Shown: in pieces, positions 48,810 through 64,000 of the stretch
Position numbering within the stretch: the stretch's first letter is position 1
Layout of the letters: the number at the start of each line of letters is the position of its first letter
Source of the DNA: Macrostomum lignano
Taxonomy: Eukaryota
DNA length: 64,000 bases
Assembly: GCA_002269645.1 (NCBI GenBank)
Contig: NIVC01003939.1
Span: forward strand, 1 to 64,000
Direction of reading: 5' to 3'
Translations under genes and position numbers: made by a program
The notes under the pieces: generated by a model
What the model saw: the letters and a program-made list of their open reading frames with translations, nothing else
Told to the model about the DNA's origin: nothing
Database searches by the model: none

Positions 48810-49205
48810 GGCTGGTGGCCCAGCAACTGAGGATCTGGGAGGCTGAGGATCTGGGAGGCTGGCCCAGCAACTGATGATCTGGGAGGCTGGACCAGTACTG
48901 AGGATCTGGGAGGCTGCCCAGCAACTGCGGATCTGAGAGGCTGGACCAGTACTAAGGATCTGGGAGGCTGCCCAGCAACTGAGGATCTGAGAGGCTGCCC
49001 AGCAACTGAGGATCTGGGAGGCTGCCCAGCAACTGAGGATCTGAGAGGCTGCCCAGCAACTGAGGATCTGGGAGGCTGCCCAGCAACTGAGGATCTGAGA
49101 GGCGGCCCAGCAACTGAGTATCTGACAGGCTGGACCAGTACTGAGGATCTGGGAGGCTGGCCCAGCAACTGAGGATCTGGGAGGCTCCCCAGCAACTGAG
49201 GATCT
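48810..49205. repeat. Intergenic array of the 27-28-bp GGAGGCTG(G)CCCAGCAACTGAGGATCT family
   Basis: Same unit as in the Bcl-2-like introns. Confidence 0.9.
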
Positions 49206-49904
49206 GGTCAGAAGGAAGCGAGCTCATTAACTTACAAATTGGAGAATATTTGTAACAAAATTACAAACAAAAATATATTCGTAAACACAGTAGCAAATTT
49301 TACACATTCATAATGACTTGTTTGAAAATTTTGTACTGGCATAGGGGACAATGTAATCATACACAATAATGTAGAGAAAAGACAGCAACACAGACAGCAC
49401 AAAGACCGGGATGTGAAAGTATGCACGAAAAATATTATAAATAGCGGAACTGATTTCCTACACGACTTCACTCTCTCAGACAGAATAAATCCATCTACTT
49501 CTGTCTAAAAGTATTTCCGTTTAATTTTGTCTCAGATTGAAAATGCAACTAATGTTACTAAATAAATATGTATGAAATTTATGCAAATTTTCAACATTCA
49601 AACAGCTCTAGTCCACTCTCCGATTGTCTTTGGCTAAAAGCCCAACACAGTGTCGAAAAACTCGTCTAGGGTGGTCGCACCCGCACTGAAACTTCAATTC
49701 GTCACAAATCGATGATTAGATATTACATAAGTAGTATGTTATGTAAATACCTTGAACCCAAAAACATTAATATAAATAAACAGAGTAAGCTTTTAACTGA
49801 ATTGAATGACGATGACTTTTTAGAATAGACAACGTCATTAAGTTTTGCTGCTGGTTACAAAAGTACTGTTAAAGTGCACTAAAGAATCACTAGACAGACT
49901 GGGT

Positions 49905-59004
<9,100 letters not shown>

Positions 59005-59440
59005 GTTTCAAAACAAAATAAACTAATCAAGTTAGATTAGATTGATGCCTGCAATTTGAACCTTGGCTGACAATGCTGCAAAATAATTCGGGTGGAGCGG
59101 GGGGGGGGGTTAAACTGACTATGGGTTTGAACTTCTGATGAAAATATGTAATGAACTTGTATGCAATGGTGAGCTCAGCACGCCTGTGTAGTATGAGACA
59201 AACCAGGCTTACAACCTAAGGTCTGCAACCCTGCACACCTGTACCCCCTCTATTATGGTGCAGGAATAGCAGAACTCTCCCCAAGCTGACTCACAAGCCA
59301 ACCCAGGGGTTCACATTCCACATGTGCTCAGGGCACCTCTAGGGCTGCTGGACTTGGCTTCTGTCTTGGCCATATTGGGTGCCCAGAAGCAAACCTGTGT
59401 GTATCAAGGTATATCTGGCTATGGCTCTGAAGATCAGGAA

Positions 59441-59612
59441 CATGCTTGGGCGCAACCTAAGGATTCACCCGGCCGTTTCTATTGGCAACACACGCATGAA
59501 AGTCGCTATTGGACGGAATAGTAGTCACGTGACTGCTCTCAACCAATAGCGACTTACATGTGTGTGTTGCCAATAGAAACGGCCGAGTGATTCCCAAGGT
59601 TGCGCATGTATG
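59441..59612. mobile_element. Palindromic 172-bp MITE (family 2, short form) with 8-bp TSD ATCAGGAA
   Basis: Opposite-orientation relative of 36095-36269; TSD at 59433-59440 and 59613-59620. Confidence 0.85.
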
Positions 59613-59785
59613 ATCAGGAATCACCCCCTCTGACCTTAACAGGGTATGCAGCCAGTTTGCAGGTTCTAGAGATAGCCTTCCTGTTGCCCTCAAGGGCCCA
59701 GTGTAGTACTGAGCTAACGGACTTAAGGTATGGCTTATAGTTTTTCCAAGCTTCTCAGTTGCTAGTGGTTATACCAATAAGGGCC

Positions 59786-59940
59786 ACAGATACTAAAATA
59801 ACTAGATGAGCAACTCAGGCATATTATATATATATATATACTTAGTAAAATAGCATTTTTACTTTTAGTTCAATTGCAATGAAGAACACAAGCTATTTCA
59901 TAAAAATAAAGGTACCTCAAATGACTGAACTATAAAATTG
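59786..59940. mobile_element. Partial hAT-type MITE family 1 end
   Basis: CACAGATACTAAAATAACTAGATGAGCAACTCAGGCATA matches the family-1 TIR and adjacent sequence in reverse orientation. Confidence 0.65.
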
Positions 59941-60779
59941 AAATTTTTTATTTCTACAAGTATTACTCGTATAACTCCTTTTTAGTCATAATTTTGACTA
60001 TAGATAACTATTTTGAGTTTCTTAATCTTATAAAGGTCTTGGTTAAGGGCTAAAAAATATCATATTTTTTTCGTTTTTTAAGACTCAAGATCTATACTAT
60101 TAAGACAATTGAGATTTGACCAAGATTTAAGATTAAGCCTAATTAGTATATAGTAGGTCTATTTATAATTAAATCTATTAATGCTAATATTTTTATTTTT
60201 TAAATATATACAATAATGATAATAGAAGAAAAAACAATGATAATTTAATATTGAGCTTGTTAATAACTTGATATATTCATTTATACCCTTTAAATAAAAA
60301 CTTTTTCTTCAAATATAAGTATAATAATATTATTCATAATCACAAAAAATCATAGTCATGATATAAATCATAACTTTTTCTCAGGATCTTAAAGCCAAGA
60401 TTGAAATTAAGTGAAGTGCTAAAATTTTAAGAATCAAGATTAAGATCTTGACTTGTCCAACCTCTAGTCTTATACTCTTAATGACCTACTTTCTATTATT
60501 TTCTATAGTTTTATATTGCAACAATCTTTAAACAAAAAACAATTTATTGAATAATCAATAAAATAACAATAAGAAAACTATTAAAGTTTTAATTAGCTTT
60601 GCATAATTAATTTTAGTTTGAACTAGCAATCTTCGCCTACCAATGGGGACATCTGGATAGAATCTTTGTTCTTTACAAGTAACAAATAGACAGCAAAATA
60701 AAGCCTTCATAAAAAACAACAGATATTCCTTCTAAAAACAAAACATCCCAAGACAGCAAGCATCCCCAGACAGCATTCA

Positions 60780-61630
60780 AGCATTGATCCCCAAATAGCA
60801 AGCATCCCTCAGATTGCAAGCATCCTACAGATAGCAAGCATCCCCCAGCTAGCAAGCATCCTCCAGACCCTAGATAGCAAGCATCCCCCAGACTATAAGC
60901 ATCCCCAGATAGCAAGCATCCCCCAGATACATACATGCGCAATAGTCGGCCGAGTTGGCCAATCTGGCTGACCGATTTGGCGGCCAACCAAGGAAGTCGC
61001 AAAAATGCCCACCCAAAAAAATAACCCAAGTAGTAGTACTAAGTAGCTGACAAGGCATTTTGGCTTAATAAGACAGTCATAGTTACTTCTGCCATTTACC
61101 CAAAGTTGCATTAATTTTGCTTTAGGGTTTTTTTACATGTAAGTTGCATTTTTGGCCAAAAACTATGTCGCATTTTTGTTAAAACTAAGTTGCATGGCTG
61201 ACCGAATTATGGAAATTGCTCATGTATGCCCAGATAGCAAGCATCCCCCAGATAGCAAGCATCCCCAGATGGCAAGCATCCCCCAGATAGCAAGCATCCC
61301 CCAGATAGCAAGCATCCCCCAGATGGCAAGCATCCCCCAGATAGCAAGCATCTCCCAGATAGCAAGCATCCCCCAGATAGCAAGCATCCCCCAGATAGCA
61401 AGCATCGCCCAGATAGCAAGCATCCCCAGACTGCAAGCAACCTCAGATATAACCTAGATATCTAGCAACCCCCTCTCAGATAGCAAGTACCCTCCACCCC
61501 CCAAAAGCAAGCATCTCCCAATAGCAGGTTACCCCAGTAGCAAGCATCCCCCCAATAGCAAGCATCCCTCAGATAGCAAGCATCCCCCTAATAGCAAGTA
61601 TTCCATCCTTAAATAGCAAGCATCCACCAG
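60780..61630. repeat. 18-bp minisatellite CAGATAGCAAGCATCCCC interrupted by a MITE
   Basis: Array continues on both sides of 60930-61228. Confidence 0.9.
60930..61228. mobile_element. 299-bp MITE (family 2, long form) with 14-bp TIRs and 8-bp TSD CCCAGATA
   Basis: CATACATGCGCAAT ... ATTGCTCATGTATG; TSD at 60922-60929 and 61229-61236. Confidence 0.85.
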
Positions 61631-61699
61631 AGAACAAGTAGCTAGTGCAATAATTTCCTTAGCTTTATAGTGGCTCCATTTTGTTTGGCATGATACTTC

Positions 61700-63400
61700 T
61701 TTTTATGTTTGAAATGTTGGCTCTTTAGTGTTTGACATGGTGGCTCTTCTATGTTTGACATGGTGGATCTTCTATGTTTGACATGGTAGCTCTTTAATGT
61801 TTGACATGGTGGCTCTTTAATTTTTGACATGGTGGCTCTTTAATGTTTGACATGGTGGCTCTTTAATGTTTTATATGGTGTCTCTAAGCCTCTTCTACAT
61901 GTATGTTTGACATGGTGGCTCTTTTCTGTTTGACATGATAGCTCTTTAATGTTTGACATGGTGGCTCTTCTATATTTGACATGGTAGCACTTTAATCTTT
62001 GAAATGGTGGCTCTTTAATTTTTGACATGGTGGCTCTTTAATGTTTGACATGGTGGCTTTTTTATGTTTGACATGGTGGCTCTTTATTGTCTTACATAGT
62101 GGCTCTCATGTTTGACATATTGGCTCTTATGTTTGACATGGTGGCTCTTTTATGTTTGACATTGTGCCTCTTTAATGTTTGATATGGTGCTTCTTTTTTG
62201 TTTGAAATGGTGGCTTTTTAATGTTTAACATAGTGGCTCTAATGTTTGACATGGAGTCACATATATGTTCAACATGGAGTCACATATATGTTCGACATGG
62301 TAGCGCTTTTTATGTTTGACATGGTGTCTCTTTAATGTTTAACTTGGAGTCACGTATATGTTTGATATGGAGTCATATATATGTTTGACATGAAGTCATA
62401 TATTTTCATGTCACTCACATGGACTCACATATATGTTTGACATGGAGTCACGTATATGTTTGACATGTAGTCTCATATATGTTTGATATGGTAATTCTTT
62501 TATGTTTGACATGGTGTCTCTTTAATGTGGGACATGGTGGCTCTTTAATGTTTGACACGGTGGCTTTTTAATATTTGAAATGGTGGCTCTTTTATGTTTG
62601 ACATGGAGTCATGCATTTGTTTGACATAGTAGCTCTTTTATGTTTGACATGGTGGCTCTTTAATTGTTTGACATGGAGTCATGTATATGTTTGACATGTA
62701 GTCACGTATAAATTTGACTTAGTGGTTCTTTTATGTTTGACATAGTGGTTCTTTTATGTTTGATATGGTTGCTCTTTAATGTTTGAAATGGTGTCACATA
62801 TATGTTCAATATAGAGTCAAGTATATATTTGACATGGCGGCTCTTTTGTGTTTGACATGATAGCTCTTTAATGTTTGACATGGTGGCTCTTCTATGTTTG
62901 ACATGGTAGCACTTTAATCTTCAACATGGTGGTTCTTTAATGTTTGACATGGTGGCTCTTTAATGTTTGACATAGTGGCTCTTTTATGCTTGACATGGTG
63001 GCTCTTTATTGTCTTACATAGTGGCTTTCATGTTTGACATGTTGGCTTTTATATTTGACATGGTGGCTCTTTTATGTTTGAAATGGTGGCTCTTTTAGGT
63101 TTGACATAGTGGCTCTTTTATGTTTGACATAGTGGCTCTTTTATGTTTGACATAGTGGCTCTTTAATGTTTGACATAGAGTCACGTATATGTTCAACATG
63201 GAGTCACATATATGTTCGACATGGTAGCTATTTTATGTTTGACATGGTGTCTCTTTAATGTTTGGCATGATGGCTCTTTTAAGTTTGACATGGAAGCTCT
63301 TAATTGTTTGACATGATGGCTCTTTTATATTTGACATGGTGGGGCTTTTTTATGTTTGACATGGTGCTACTTTTATGTTTGACTTTGTGCTTCTTTTATG
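61700..63400. repeat. Degenerate AT-rich minisatellite, unit about 23 bp (ATGTTTGACATGGTGGCTCTTTA)
   Basis: About 70 diverged units. Confidence 0.9.
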
Positions 63401-64000
63401 TTTAGCATTTTTCAAGTGTTTTATTAAAAAAATCATTTTGCGCTATTAAGATTCGAATCTAGGTCGCTACATTAGCAGTCCAGTCTGTTCGCATCTAGGC
63501 TATCTCTTTTCAATTGGAGAATATGAACTGTTGCCCTTATAATTCAATTTTACAGCAAGTCAGTTAGTAAAAAGTTATGACATAATCAATATCTCAGTCG
63601 GCTAGTATCAATCTCAATTAAAGTTAGCAATACGAGCTCGTATTGGTTACGCAATTTAAATCAAGTTGTATATGCATTTCTTTGGCACTGTTTTCAACTT
63701 GTGATGTAATCTTTATCAGATTTGAAATTCAGTCAGTCAGGTTTTTTCTAGTATTCTTACAATGCATTTCAAGTCGAAAAATTTTTTTGACCTCTGCAAA
63801 AGAGCATGTTTTTCGAATATTTAATCTGTTTAACATTGATAAATTTCTTAGCCAAGATGCATGTACTGCCCTAGGAAAATTTCTGATTGAATGGTGCAAG
63901 TTTGAAGAAAATAAATTAAGCTGTTTTTTCTGAAATCAATCGCATACCCATATATATACATATACAGACAACTCATTTTTAGTATATTGGACTAGCTGGG

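Overview
Eukaryotic (animal) genomic DNA with spliced genes whose introns and intergenic gaps are packed with minisatellites. The style suggests a free-living flatworm such as Macrostomum; this is inference and cannot be confirmed here. Host genes: 3' exons of a FAM187-like Ig-domain membrane protein (+) and a single-exon ORF with an RVxF motif (+). Eight further genes all lie on the minus strand: NUDT6, COA8/APOPT1, two divergent Bcl-2-fold genes, two NAT16-like acetyltransferases, DIXDC1, and a 6-exon fusion of two bacterial-type glycosyltransferases (TIGR04282/DUF2064-like + TIGR04283-like). The standout is a 9,093-bp element (11535-20627) with ~1.35-kb near-identical terminal inverted repeats, ACTACT...AGTAGT ends and an apparent 6-bp target-site duplication in a (GACA)n microsatellite. 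It carries only two divergent genes: a 7-exon protein-primed family-B DNA polymerase (1269 aa; three introns split catalytic motifs A, B and C) and a tandem PC4-like ssDNA-binding protein. I found no integrase, ATPase, separate protease or capsid gene, so it reads as a minimal Polinton-derived satellite or linear-plasmid-like replicon. Also present: a 5'-truncated RTE-type LINE with TSD, tRNA/CORE-type SINEs and hAT-type MITEs with 8-bp TSDs. All family assignments come from motifs recognised by eye, not database searches. Most long ORFs in the supplied track are artefacts of stop-free tandem repeats.
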